DNA of 64,000 bases, from positions 665,778 to 729,777 of the forward strand of contig JACKGH010000001.1 in the NCBI GenBank assembly GCA_020632075.1, read 5' to 3'. Under the pieces are notes generated by a model. It was not told where the DNA came from, did not search any database, and saw only the letters and a list, made by a program, of their open reading frames with translations. Every line of letters begins with the position of its first letter. Within the stretch, counting starts at the first letter, position 1. Below are positions 47,612 through 56,455 of the stretch, piece after piece. A program made the position numbers and the translations under genes. Origin of the DNA: Candidatus Nomurabacteria bacterium. GTDB lineage: Bacteria > Patescibacteriota > Minisyncoccia > Phycocordibacterales > UBA918.

Positions 47612-47830
47612 TCAGGAACCCTGCGGACGTTCCGTCAGGGTAAGAACCGCGTCGGGCGGAACGTGTGCATCCAGCGACACCTCCTTACCGTTCATGGTGA
47701 CCTTCATGTTGTTCGGGTCACGACCAGCCGCTTGCAGCACCGCTGCTACCGATGCGCCGGAGTCTTCGACCGACACGACTTTCTCACTACTCTCCCCGGC
47801 ACGGGGATGAACTTTCACGATCACTTTCAC
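47612..47830 (-). CDS. Ubiquitin-like beta-grasp protein (ThiS/MoaD-like) ending Gly-Ser
   Basis: 72 aa, MKVIVKV...VTMNGKEV...PDAVLTLTERPQGS; last gene of a 3-gene operon with an E1-like gene. Confidence 0.55.
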   Translation of the reverse strand: MKVIVKVHPRAGESSEKVVSVEDSGASVAAVLQAAGRDPNNMKVTMNGKEVSLDAHVPPDAVLTLTERPQGS

Positions 47831-47848
47831 TACACTTCACCTCTCTGG

Positions 47849-48511
47849 TTACAGTTTAACCACCTCGAACGTGTCAGACTTCAGCGGCCGACACGTGACT
47901 TTTTGGCCAGTTTGCCAATACCGCGCTACCGTCGATGCAACACACGCTGCAACGTGCAGTGACGCAAAGATCACACCATGGAATCCGCAAGTCTGCGGTG
48001 CCGCCTTATCTTCGGGCGGTAATGAACGCTCGTACTCCTCACGGTCTCTTCCATTTTTAGGATTCACCGCGTAGACCTCAGCATACGCAGCCGAGGTACG
48101 CGTGTCAACGAGCAGATCGTGTGAGAACCTCTGCTGCAGCAGTTGCTTCCAGATCAACTTGCGTGCAGGGATCGTATCCACCGAAGCAATGACGGTGACC
48201 CCTTTCGGCAGTGGACCACCTGAGTACATCTCAGGCACCACTTTGATCTCGACGCCTGCCAACTCCCTGACTCGCTCTCGCAACACTTCCACCTTTAGGC
48301 GGGCAGTGTCGGCACCGGTGTAGAGTGACATCGATCCATTGTGTGACGCGACCGTGTCACCGTCGATGACCGTGATGTCGCTGACACCCATTTTCGCGAG
48401 GGCCAAAGTGACCCAACTACCTATCGCACCAGCCCCGATCACAACCACCGGCCGTGCCAGGCGTGGATCGAACAGGTTCATTTGATGAGCGAAGTTTTCT
48501 GCCATTGTCAC
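47849..48511 (-). CDS. Minimal E1-like (ThiF/MoeB-family) adenylyltransferase
   Basis: VVVIGAGAIGSWVTLALAKMGVSDITVIDGDTV Rossmann nucleotide-binding motif; 220 aa, no CxxC zinc module or rhodanese domain. Confidence 0.7.
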   Translation of the reverse strand: MTMAENFAHQMNLFDPRLARPVVVIGAGAIGSWVTLALAKMGVSDITVIDGDTVASHNGSMSLYTGADTARLKVEVLRERVRELAGVEIKVVPEMYSGGPLPKGVTVIASVDTIPARKLIWKQLLQQRFSHDLLVDTRTSAAYAEVYAVNPKNGRDREEYERSLPPEDKAAPQTCGFHGVIFASLHVAACVASTVARYWQTGQKVTCRPLKSDTFEVVKL

Positions 48512-49953
48512 TCCTTTATTTCCAGCAATCCAAGTTGCACATCGCCTTCGTATCCTACAAAGACCCCCTCAAGATCATGAACCTGCTTCGAATCATCTCC
48601 GAACACAGGCCATTCTTCGATCTTCGCGTCAGCCAATGATTCATCATAGCCATTCTGCAGCCAATCAAGGATAAGGCAAATGAGATCTTCGTCTTGCCCA
48701 GAGGTCAGCAACTCATCAACTTCATTTGTGACGTTGCCGAAGCAGACCGAACCGGAGGCACCGATGTGCGGATGCGGAACGAGCGTCGGATGCGGCAAAC
48801 ACTTGGACCAAACGTGCACCTTCTGATACCGACTGATCCGAATGATGAACCGACCGAGATATCGCTCTACCCCTGCAGCATCCTGCACGACCACGTCTTT
48901 GGTATGCACATGCAAATACGTACTATCGGGGTGCTCAAGGTAGTCGATCAAAGGGTGTGTGCGGAGCACTTCCCAACCCTCCAATGCTGACTGATCAACA
49001 ACCTCAAAAATGCCTTTGCTTTTCTGCGCCAGCATCAACCGACGTTCGAGCAACAGTTCAGCAATAATGCGTCGATAATTGGCGATCCGCTCATCGACCC
49101 GCTTGACCTTGGCGTCCACATTATCGTGCAACCTTTGGATCATGCTCACGAGGTACTGTCCGTACTCTTCTGCGGTCTCAAGGCGTTTAGTCAGCAACTC
49201 GACCTTGTCTCGTGCGGTAAAAACTCGCCAGGCATATCCAAGCGCTACGGCAAACAAATCGGTGCCATTAGCTGCAAGCAGATGCAGAGAGTCATCATCG
49301 ACCGGCACGAATAGATACAACGTTGTACCGACCACCTGACCGATCCGCTGATTAAAGCGGTCGTGCACAACCAATCCATATCCGTGAGCAACTCCCGGTA
49401 CAGCCACTTCGTGTCCTGACGGTTGTAGGCGCACATCATCAACGTGGGTTGCAACGAATTCCTGATTTTCACCAGGTGGCACTGCGCCCAAAACGATATG
49501 CACGGTGTCAGAATCATTGTACGGATACTGCACTGAACCATGCGAACACAGATGTAGGTGCACGTGCTTACCCGAAACAAATGCCAATTTCAGTAGCGTA
49601 TCTTGCATCGCTTCCAAGATCGGTTCGTACGTCATTCGCTTGAATTCTGATCCGTGATCGATAGCTGTCTCGACATGTGGTGCATCGCCCTGGTCAAAGA
49701 AATACGCCTCGCGATCTGTCGAGATCAATCTATTATCGACACGTTCACGCACCAATAACCGAGCCACCACTTCTGGACTACATTCGAGCAGTCCATTCAG
49801 AGTTTCACTATCGAGGTCAAGCGGATATCCCTTGATCGAGAATCCATTGATGTACACGATCGTAAGTGGTACCGGCAATCCTTCAAATGCCGACCCCACC
49901 CAGAACTGTTCTGGGATAAAGATCTTCTTCATATTTTGATTCCTCACTATCAA
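48508..49953 (-). CDS. Multidomain protein with C-terminal E2-like (UBC-like) domain and unassigned N-terminal domain
   Basis: C-terminal HPHIGASGSVCFGNV resembles the E2 HPN-x3-G-x-C active-site motif, with a downstream ICLILDWL helix; 4-nt overlap with the E1-like gene. Confidence 0.55.
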   Translation of the reverse strand: MIVRNQNMKKIFIPEQFWVGSAFEGLPVPLTIVYINGFSIKGYPLDLDSETLNGLLECSPEVVARLLVRERVDNRLISTDREAYFFDQGDAPHVETAIDHGSEFKRMTYEPILEAMQDTLLKLAFVSGKHVHLHLCSHGSVQYPYNDSDTVHIVLGAVPPGENQEFVATHVDDVRLQPSGHEVAVPGVAHGYGLVVHDRFNQRIGQVVGTTLYLFVPVDDDSLHLLAANGTDLFAVALGYAWRVFTARDKVELLTKRLETAEEYGQYLVSMIQRLHDNVDAKVKRVDERIANYRRIIAELLLERRLMLAQKSKGIFEVVDQSALEGWEVLRTHPLIDYLEHPDSTYLHVHTKDVVVQDAAGVERYLGRFIIRISRYQKVHVWSKCLPHPTLVPHPHIGASGSVCFGNVTNEVDELLTSGQDEDLICLILDWLQNGYDESLADAKIEEWPVFGDDSKQVHDLEGVFVGYEGDVQLGLLEIKE

Positions 49954-50064
49954 AGTTCAAAGGTTCAAATTCGAGTGTGAAAATACTTCATAAAACGCAC
50001 TATGTCAATATCAAATAAAACATTTGACAGCGTCTATTTCAAAATAGTCTGTTATCCTTACTGC

Positions 50065-51192
50065 ATGATACGAACTGAAATTGTCATTGCCTTTTTAACC
50101 CTGATCGTTATTGGCGCATCGCTGATGCTCTTTTTTCACTTGCATCCACAAAACACACCAATACCTGAACCAGCTCTTGCACCGAGCAGCACTCCCGCAG
50201 TAGCAGCAAGTACAACTGGGCTGATTCTGCCTGCGGTGAGCCTGGAAGAAAAAATTGGCCAACTCATAATGATCGGTCATTGGGCTGATCAACCACTCGC
50301 AAGCACAACGGACCTGATCGCCAACTACCACCTTGGCAGTGTGATCATCATGAGCGCACCGGAAGTAGCAAGTACTACTCGGGAGTGGGTCGCAACCTGG
50401 CAAGCAGTATCTTCGAGCACACTGTTGATTGGAGTCGATCAAGAAGGCGGCCCAGTCACTAGGTACAAAGATGGCTTCATACAAACAAGCCAGAGGGAGA
50501 TCAAGGATACCGCCACTGCATACGAGGTTGGAACACTGCGTGGAGCAGAATTATCTGATCTTGGTATCAATCTAAACTTTGCACCCGTACTCGATAGCGC
50601 AACTCACCCTGAGTCATTTATGTACTCTCGGGTCTTCCCGAACAGTTCCCTTAGCGCAGAATTAGCAGCGGCAATGATCGAAGGCATGAAAGAAAATGGT
50701 GTTGCTGCAGCTCCAAAACACTTTCCTGGCCACCCAGATACAAGCGATGACTCACATACTACGTTACCCACCGCAGACATTACCCTGGAAGAACTACCCG
50801 AACACACTGTTATCTTTACTGAACTCTTTGCCGCACACACACCGCAAGCGCTCATGACCGCGCACGTCCTCTTCCCAAAAATAGACGGATACCCTGCGAC
50901 ACTCTCACCATTTTTCCTTAGCACCTACCTGCGCGACGAACTTGGCTACCAGGGGGTCGTGATCACTGATGATCTAAGTATGGATGCGATCGACAACACT
51001 TGGACCGTCGAAGCAGCAGCCGTGCAGGCGATCAAGGCCGGCGCCGACATAGTGCTCTTAGCTGCAGAGCCTCAGTCAGTGTCATCGGTAACTCAAGTCC
51101 TTCTCGATGCTGTCGGCGCCGGCACCCTTCCCCAAACTCGCATCGACGAAAGCTATGACCGAGTCCTAAAGCTCAAACAAACTATAGACTGA
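50065..51192 (+). CDS. nagZ: Beta-N-acetylhexosaminidase, glycoside hydrolase family 3
   Basis: GH3 N-domain motifs (KHFPGHP...D) and a TM/signal N-terminus. Confidence 0.8.
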   Translation: MIRTEIVIAFLTLIVIGASLMLFFHLHPQNTPIPEPALAPSSTPAVAASTTGLILPAVSLEEKIGQLIMIGHWADQPLASTTDLIANYHLGSVIIMSAPEVASTTREWVATWQAVSSSTLLIGVDQEGGPVTRYKDGFIQTSQREIKDTATAYEVGTLRGAELSDLGINLNFAPVLDSATHPESFMYSRVFPNSSLSAELAAAMIEGMKENGVAAAPKHFPGHPDTSDDSHTTLPTADITLEELPEHTVIFTELFAAHTPQALMTAHVLFPKIDGYPATLSPFFLSTYLRDELGYQGVVITDDLSMDAIDNTWTVEAAAVQAIKAGADIVLLAAEPQSVSSVTQVLLDAVGAGTLPQTRIDESYDRVLKLKQTID

Positions 51193-52078
51193 CCTCGATC
51201 TCATTTTTGATCGATCGCAAGTATGCATACTGATCAAAGAAATCAACCTTCTTTGAAGCGATGGCACCTGAGACAGGTTTATTCAAGATGTAAAACAAGA
51301 ACGATTCAGCAAAATCCTCTTCTGGATTTTGCGCGGCATAGTCAGACACAAATGTACTCTTGTGAATCTGGTAGTAATCATACCCCGATCCGAACGGATC
51401 ATCGGAGTGAGCATAGCGCTCTGCCCTGTCTAGATCTGCACTTGACCAAAATGTTTTAGCGAAGACTGCTAAGTATGCATTAGCCTTTGGACAGCCATGA
51501 ATCTCAAAGTAATCGACACAGTGAGCCGAGGCGGGCTTAGCGACACCAGGAATCTCTTCGTATGCCACGAGATGTGCCAGCTCATGAATAATAAGTTCTG
51601 CATTGGCCTCCGAAGTTGGATCATCGAGCATATCCTCATGCACCGCATATGACCAGTACTCATGACGTGGCGGGATCGTCTCTACAAACGCATCAAAAGT
51701 TGCTTCGTCACCCCCAAACACAATCGCTCGTTTAATGAATGAGTCGTACGCACTCGGAAACAACGCAAACATCTGTGTGAAGTACGCACGATGAGCCGCA
51801 TTTGGAATAGATGTCACAACACTTTGATCAGGCAATTCGTAAGCCGCCACCACGTCGACAGTGGCAGAAAGGCCCGACAACTGCTGGGGCGCTTCAACTT
51901 CAACTTGTTGACGCGAAGCTAACTCCGCCTGCAAAACAGCGATCTGCTGCTGCAGCTGCTCAATAAGCTGCAAGAGTAAGGCTCGGTACGCAGCATCTGT
52001 GGTCTGTGCATGGGTAGCAGTTGGCACGAATACACAACCGAGCAATGCGACTGCAATTAGAAATGTTCGTTTTTTCAC
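51182..52078 (-). CDS. Secreted zinc-metalloprotease-like protein (HExxH)
   Basis: Signal peptide; HELAHL motif; otherwise unassigned. Confidence 0.55.
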   Translation of the reverse strand: MKKRTFLIAVALLGCVFVPTATHAQTTDAAYRALLLQLIEQLQQQIAVLQAELASRQQVEVEAPQQLSGLSATVDVVAAYELPDQSVVTSIPNAAHRAYFTQMFALFPSAYDSFIKRAIVFGGDEATFDAFVETIPPRHEYWSYAVHEDMLDDPTSEANAELIIHELAHLVAYEEIPGVAKPASAHCVDYFEIHGCPKANAYLAVFAKTFWSSADLDRAERYAHSDDPFGSGYDYYQIHKSTFVSDYAAQNPEEDFAESFLFYILNKPVSGAIASKKVDFFDQYAYLRSIKNEIEVSL

Positions 52079-52087
52079 CTCACCATC

Positions 52088-53374
52088 TTAGCGGATTTCG
52101 CCGTATGACACCACCTGCACCGGCAAGATGATCACAAACCGAGCCCCTTCGTTCTCTTTTGAATCAACAGTGATCGTACCTCCAAGCAGCTCAACTGACT
52201 GCTTCACCACATACAGACCAAGTCCCGTACCCTCAGTCTGATGTGACCGGGCGTTGCTGGCTCGAAAGAATTTTGTAAACAGATTATCAAGTTCAGATTC
52301 TGGAATACCGATACCATTGTCCGCTACAACGATCTGGAGCTGCTCCCCAATGAGTTGGTATGAGAATACTAACGTACCGTTTGGCACCAGGTACTTCACT
52401 GCATTCGAAACCAAGTTACTCACAATGATATGGAACAATCGACTGTCAGTCTTAATGACCAAGTTCGGCGGATCATCCTGTCGATTAACAGTCAGTTGTT
52501 TGCTGGTGATCTTTTCCGCAAATTCATCTTCGATGCTCGTGAAGAATTCTGTGAGATTTGTATCTTCTGACTGCGCTGCAAACGTGCCCATTTCCAATTT
52601 TGATACACTCAAAAAATCATTGATCAGACTGATCATACGGAAGACATTCCGTTCGATCTTATCCAGATACCTTCCCTGCTTTTCGGTCCGTGCTGTTAGA
52701 TTTTTACTCAACAACTCAACATTCCACCGGATCGCTGCGATCGGCGTACGCAACTGGTGCGTCGCAAGAGCAACGAATTCTGACTTGGCGGTATCGATCC
52801 GCTTCTGTTCGGTCACATCAACCAGCTCCATCAGTCGCTGCCCTTCAACCCGGTGGTTGTACACCGAGAGTTCCACCCAAAGTGGAGTACCAACAAATGG
52901 CTGTATCACTACTTCGACTCCTTTCATGGTCAGTCCCGCAGCCACCTTTCCTTGAACGATCCCCGGATCGATCTCATCAGTGCCCTGCATAAGACTGAAG
53001 ATATTTGAACCTTCCATGGTACTGACCTGTCCGCCAAGCAGTTTCACTGCCGCCGGATTACTATCAATGATCGTTCCATCATTAAGGATCGAAAGATACG
53101 CTACCGGACTGTTCTCATACAGAGAACTAAAGACGTCATCTTGAAGATATCCCGCTTGCGAAATCGAGATCTCGACCATAACGTCGATCTTATGCTGCAC
53201 AAAGAGGAGCATCATGAGGAGTAAAACAAGTATGCCGATCCCGCCGAAGACGGCATACCACGCAAGACTGTTCGTCACGAACAACCATACAAAAACGCCA
53301 GTGAATCCAAGGGCTAGAAACAAGAGTATACGCTCGATCCAACGAAACTGATGTATTTGACTATCCGACGGCAT
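52088..53374 (-). CDS. Sensor histidine kinase (two TM helices, PAS, HisKA, HATPase_c)
   Basis: H-box ATHQLRTPIAAI; N, G1 and G2 boxes (DNGIGIP...GTGLGL). Confidence 0.85.
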   Translation of the reverse strand: MPSDSQIHQFRWIERILLFLALGFTGVFVWLFVTNSLAWYAVFGGIGILVLLLMMLLFVQHKIDVMVEISISQAGYLQDDVFSSLYENSPVAYLSILNDGTIIDSNPAAVKLLGGQVSTMEGSNIFSLMQGTDEIDPGIVQGKVAAGLTMKGVEVVIQPFVGTPLWVELSVYNHRVEGQRLMELVDVTEQKRIDTAKSEFVALATHQLRTPIAAIRWNVELLSKNLTARTEKQGRYLDKIERNVFRMISLINDFLSVSKLEMGTFAAQSEDTNLTEFFTSIEDEFAEKITSKQLTVNRQDDPPNLVIKTDSRLFHIIVSNLVSNAVKYLVPNGTLVFSYQLIGEQLQIVVADNGIGIPESELDNLFTKFFRASNARSHQTEGTGLGLYVVKQSVELLGGTITVDSKENEGARFVIILPVQVVSYGEIR

Positions 53375-53459
53375 GATAGCTATATAGTACCAGCTTCAGA
53401 TCAGTAATCGCTATGCAATTTGTCGCAATTGAGCATAATCATGCTATTATCAGGCTACT

Positions 53460-53831
53460 ATGGAAAAGAAAATACTGCTCGTAGAAGACGAACCCGACAT
53501 CCGAGAAGCAATGGCTGAAGCGATTGCAGACGCTGGCTTTGCGGTTGTTACTGCCGAAAACGGCCAAGCTGGACTTTCTACTGCGCTTGCAGAACATCCA
53601 GACCTGATCTTGCTCGATATTGTGATGCCAATCATGGACGGACATAGTATGCTCGAACAACTCCGACAAGACCCTTGGGGCAAAACCGTCAAAGTCATCA
53701 TGCTCACCTCAATGGATGATGTGCAAAATATCGCCGATGCACACGAAGGTTCGATCACCGACTACTTGATCAAAGCACACAGCAGTCTCGACGATATCGT
53801 CGCTAAAGTAAAACTTGAGGCGTACGTCTAA
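53460..53831 (+). CDS. Single-domain response regulator (CheY-like receiver)
   Basis: ILLVEDEP...LILLDIVMP with the phospho-acceptor Asp; no output domain. Confidence 0.85.
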   Translation: MEKKILLVEDEPDIREAMAEAIADAGFAVVTAENGQAGLSTALAEHPDLILLDIVMPIMDGHSMLEQLRQDPWGKTVKVIMLTSMDDVQNIADAHEGSITDYLIKAHSSLDDIVAKVKLEAYV

Positions 53832-53844
53832 CAACAAATAAAAA

Positions 53845-53881
53845 GCGGCCAAGGAACAAGTTCCTTGGCCGCGTTGTTTTT
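53845..53881. terminator. Bidirectional terminator
   Basis: gcggccaaggaac-aa-gttccttggccgc plus gttgttttt. Confidence 0.8.
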
Positions 53882-54514
53882 CTACCGACGATCCCAATCT
53901 CCCGGATGTTCTCGACCACGCATTTCGCCAGCATGATGATGATCAGGTGTCCGTTCAGGTCGCACCATCGGTGCTTGTGCGCAAAACTTTGCCTGCCAAG
54001 CATCTTCGACATTGCCGAAGCTCAGCTGGTGGCCGTAAACACGCACGTCATCTTTGCGCGTGACGCGCTCACGGCAGATGCGATGTGGCTCAGCTTCTTC
54101 GACCGGATACAACTTCCCTGCTGTCCAGTGGACCTGGTCGCCCATTTTGGTCAGTCGTCCCCGGACCCGGATCTGCTCATCAGGGTGTGCAACGCGCCAA
54201 ACTTCGACCCAAAAATGCTTGGTCTTGAGAAACCCCCAGAAACCAACGTCGTGGTAACCCCAGACACCACGACGTGCAGCTTCAGCCGCGTCGTAGATGA
54301 AGGTCCGACCCGGATCCATGATGAAACAACCGTATTCGTCTTTGACGATGTCACTGCCTGTGTTGAGGTTGTAGATCTGCATCACGTTGGTGACCCGATC
54401 GAGCGTGTGCTGCAGATTTTCGAGTTGCGGGCACGAGAATCGACTGTTTGGCGTATCAAGTGCCTGAGCACCCGATGCAACTAACAGCAAAATCAAACTG
54501 AGAATGTAACGCAT
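53882..54514 (-). CDS. Secreted hypothetical protein (GC-rich, Trp/His-rich)
   Basis: Signal peptide MRYILSLILLLVASGAQA; no recognisable domain. Confidence 0.5.
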   Translation of the reverse strand: MRYILSLILLLVASGAQALDTPNSRFSCPQLENLQHTLDRVTNVMQIYNLNTGSDIVKDEYGCFIMDPGRTFIYDAAEAARRGVWGYHDVGFWGFLKTKHFWVEVWRVAHPDEQIRVRGRLTKMGDQVHWTAGKLYPVEEAEPHRICRERVTRKDDVRVYGHQLSFGNVEDAWQAKFCAQAPMVRPERTPDHHHAGEMRGREHPGDWDRR

Positions 54515-54616
54515 GACGCGTCCTCCGTGGCTATCAGATGAAGAAAAGATCGAACGAACGTAAGATCACTTTTTATGATTACAACATGAAAAATAAAAAT
54601 ATGCAATGTTTGATCA

Positions 54617-55060
54617 CTAGAGCGATTCTATGAAACGCTTAGCCTCAACAAACATCTCTTTGGTGTCCCGATAGTCCAACCGATCGATCACTGACGCCAG
54701 TGGATACCACCCTGCTTCTTTGACCTCCTGCATATCAAGCACTGGCGTAACAGTGGTGCCGATGACGCCGATAAAGAATATCACTCGTTTCTCTATCTTT
54801 TCACCGTCGTGCACAAATGAATATGCGACAGTGAATGTCGGTTCCGTTAAGAATCGTTCCGCCTCCAATCCTGTCTCCTCTTTGAGCTCTCGCTCTGCGG
54901 TTTGGCGAGGCGTCTCGCCTTCTTCCGGATGACCCTTTGGCAGTATCCAATACGAGTTATTGCCGATACGACTAAACTGGTGGATCAGAAAGACCTCCCA
55001 ACTGTTCTCCTTTGGTCGAATCGGGATGATCCCATATGACACATCTTGTTTGGTTTTCAT
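54617..55060 (-). CDS. Nudix hydrolase
   Basis: Canonical Nudix box GHPEEGETPRQTAERELKEETGL. Confidence 0.85.
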   Translation of the reverse strand: MKTKQDVSYGIIPIRPKENSWEVFLIHQFSRIGNNSYWILPKGHPEEGETPRQTAERELKEETGLEAERFLTEPTFTVAYSFVHDGEKIEKRVIFFIGVIGTTVTPVLDMQEVKEAGWYPLASVIDRLDYRDTKEMFVEAKRFIESL

Positions 55061-55075
55061 GTGCATGCAGTATAG

Positions 55076-55110
55076 CAAAAGCGGGGCCGACTTCGTCGGC
55101 CCCGCTTTTG
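55076..55110 (-). terminator. Hairpin terminator following the duplicated tRNA-Leu 3' segment
   Basis: aaagcggggccgac-ttcg-tcggccccgcttt. Confidence 0.6.
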
Positions 55111-55115
55111 CATTT

Positions 55116-55134
55116 TGTGTCCAGGACTGGAGTT
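55116..55134 (-). repeat. Direct repeat of the last 19 nt of tRNA-Leu (att-like scar)
   Basis: gtgtccaggactggagttg is identical at 55116-55134 and 55311-55329. Confidence 0.55.
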
Positions 55135-55266
55135 GGTCACTCTCATGGATTTTTATTTCACAAGCTCATAAAAATCTCATTCGCTCGACCCCCACTCGGC
55201 GACTCCGACTCACTTTGTTTCGTCGGGCTTCGCGTCGCCTCGGTTCAACCCCAATCCTGTCCGCAA

Positions 55267-55307
55267 AAACAAAGACGCCGGAACGGTCGTTCCGGCGTCT
55301 TTGTTTT
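55267..55307 (-). terminator. tRNA-Leu terminator
   Basis: acaaagacgccggaacg-gtcg-ttccggcgtctttgtttt. Confidence 0.7.
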
Positions 55308-55311
55308 GCAG

Positions 55312-55395
55312 TGTCCAGGACTGGAGTTGAACCAGCACGGGAAAACTCCCACTACCCCCTCAAGGTAGCGCGTCTACCAATTTCGCCACCTGGAC
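55312..55395 (-). tRNA. tRNA-Leu (GAG), type II long variable arm
   Basis: GTCCAGGTGGCGAAATTGGTAGACGC...CTTGAGG anticodon loop...GGTTCAACTCCAGTCCTGGACA; close to E. coli tRNA-Leu. Confidence 0.85.
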
Positions 55396-55455
55396 AGAAG
55401 ATGTATACATCATTGAGGTCGGGCCATTATGCCTGATGTTGCTTGATATTTCAAG

Positions 55456-56316
55456 CTACTTGGTCGCCCAAGCCCGCGGATCACCCACAAACGCACAAAG
55501 CTCATCGTGCACCGCTGGAGTGGAGACGAGGATCAAATGACGAGCTGTAAGGTCTTGGTATAAGTCTCTGATCGCTCCATCGTACCGCTGCCACCGTCCA
55601 TCTATATACAGGCTGATCGGTGCCCCAGCTGCCTTGGCGAGATAGAGACCCGCAGCAGTATCCCATGGACTACTAAGAAGACTGATCACCCCGTCGAGTC
55701 GGCCGGCCGCGACATACGCAAACTCCAAGAGTCCGGCGCTGAACGAACTACTTTTTCCATACTTGATACCAAGCGCTTGAATGAGGTTGTACTTCGCTGG
55801 CAAGATCCATGGCTCAGCTTTTGAAGACAGTACGTTGATGGCAAGCCGACCACCCACCTTCCCTTCGCGAAACGTCGTCAGTCGCTGATTTTCATAGACA
55901 CCATCTTCCATGATCGACGCAAAGGTCTGACCAGAAATTGGATTATGTACGATCGCAAACGACCCTTCTGGGCCAGCGCCAAGTCTCGTAGCTGTAATAC
56001 TAAAAAGTGGAATCTTCCGCACAAAGTTTTCGGTCCCGTCGATCGGGTCGATGTACCATACATAGCCAGACGTACCAGACACATCATCACCTTCCTCCCC
56101 CACGATCGCATCATATGGAAAATACTCTGCCACAAAATCACGCAAGAGCACCTCGGTATCCGTGTCGATCTTTGTCACCACCGAGCCATCAGACTTTTCA
56201 TCAAAGTCGGCAGCATCATTGAAATACGTGCGAGCTGACTGACCGGCAGCTTCTATCGTCTCAATAAGTGACGCAAATTTTTCGTCCGTTTTCATAGAGT
56301 GAGTGCAGTGTAGCAC
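55456..56316 (-). CDS. suhB: Inositol monophosphatase family protein (canonical motifs)
   Basis: IVGEEGDD...YIDPIDGTENF...WDTAAG. Confidence 0.85.
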   Translation of the reverse strand: MLHCTHSMKTDEKFASLIETIEAAGQSARTYFNDAADFDEKSDGSVVTKIDTDTEVLLRDFVAEYFPYDAIVGEEGDDVSGTSGYVWYIDPIDGTENFVRKIPLFSITATRLGAGPEGSFAIVHNPISGQTFASIMEDGVYENQRLTTFREGKVGGRLAINVLSSKAEPWILPAKYNLIQALGIKYGKSSSFSAGLLEFAYVAAGRLDGVISLLSSPWDTAAGLYLAKAAGAPISLYIDGRWQRYDGAIRDLYQDLTARHLILVSTPAVHDELCAFVGDPRAWATK

Positions 56317-56455
56317 AGTCGGGGCGCGGGCTTCGCCCGCGCCCCGACTGTGCCCTAATCATAAAAAATGTAAGGCTTTCATTTTTGCTGCGTCATAATA
56401 AGTGTAGGAAAGGTAATACCTACGTTTAATTACCTGTAACTAATACAGAACCACC

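Noticed and set aside
1455-55110. The repeated GC-rich palindromes could be mistaken for a CRISPR array or REP elements
   Set aside because: They are dispersed singly at gene ends, each with flanking A/T tracts. There are no regularly spaced repeats with spacers and no cas genes.
55190-55262. GGTTCAACCCC motif between the tRNA-Leu repeats as a second tRNA remnant
   Set aside because: There is no complementary T-stem or acceptor pairing on either strand.
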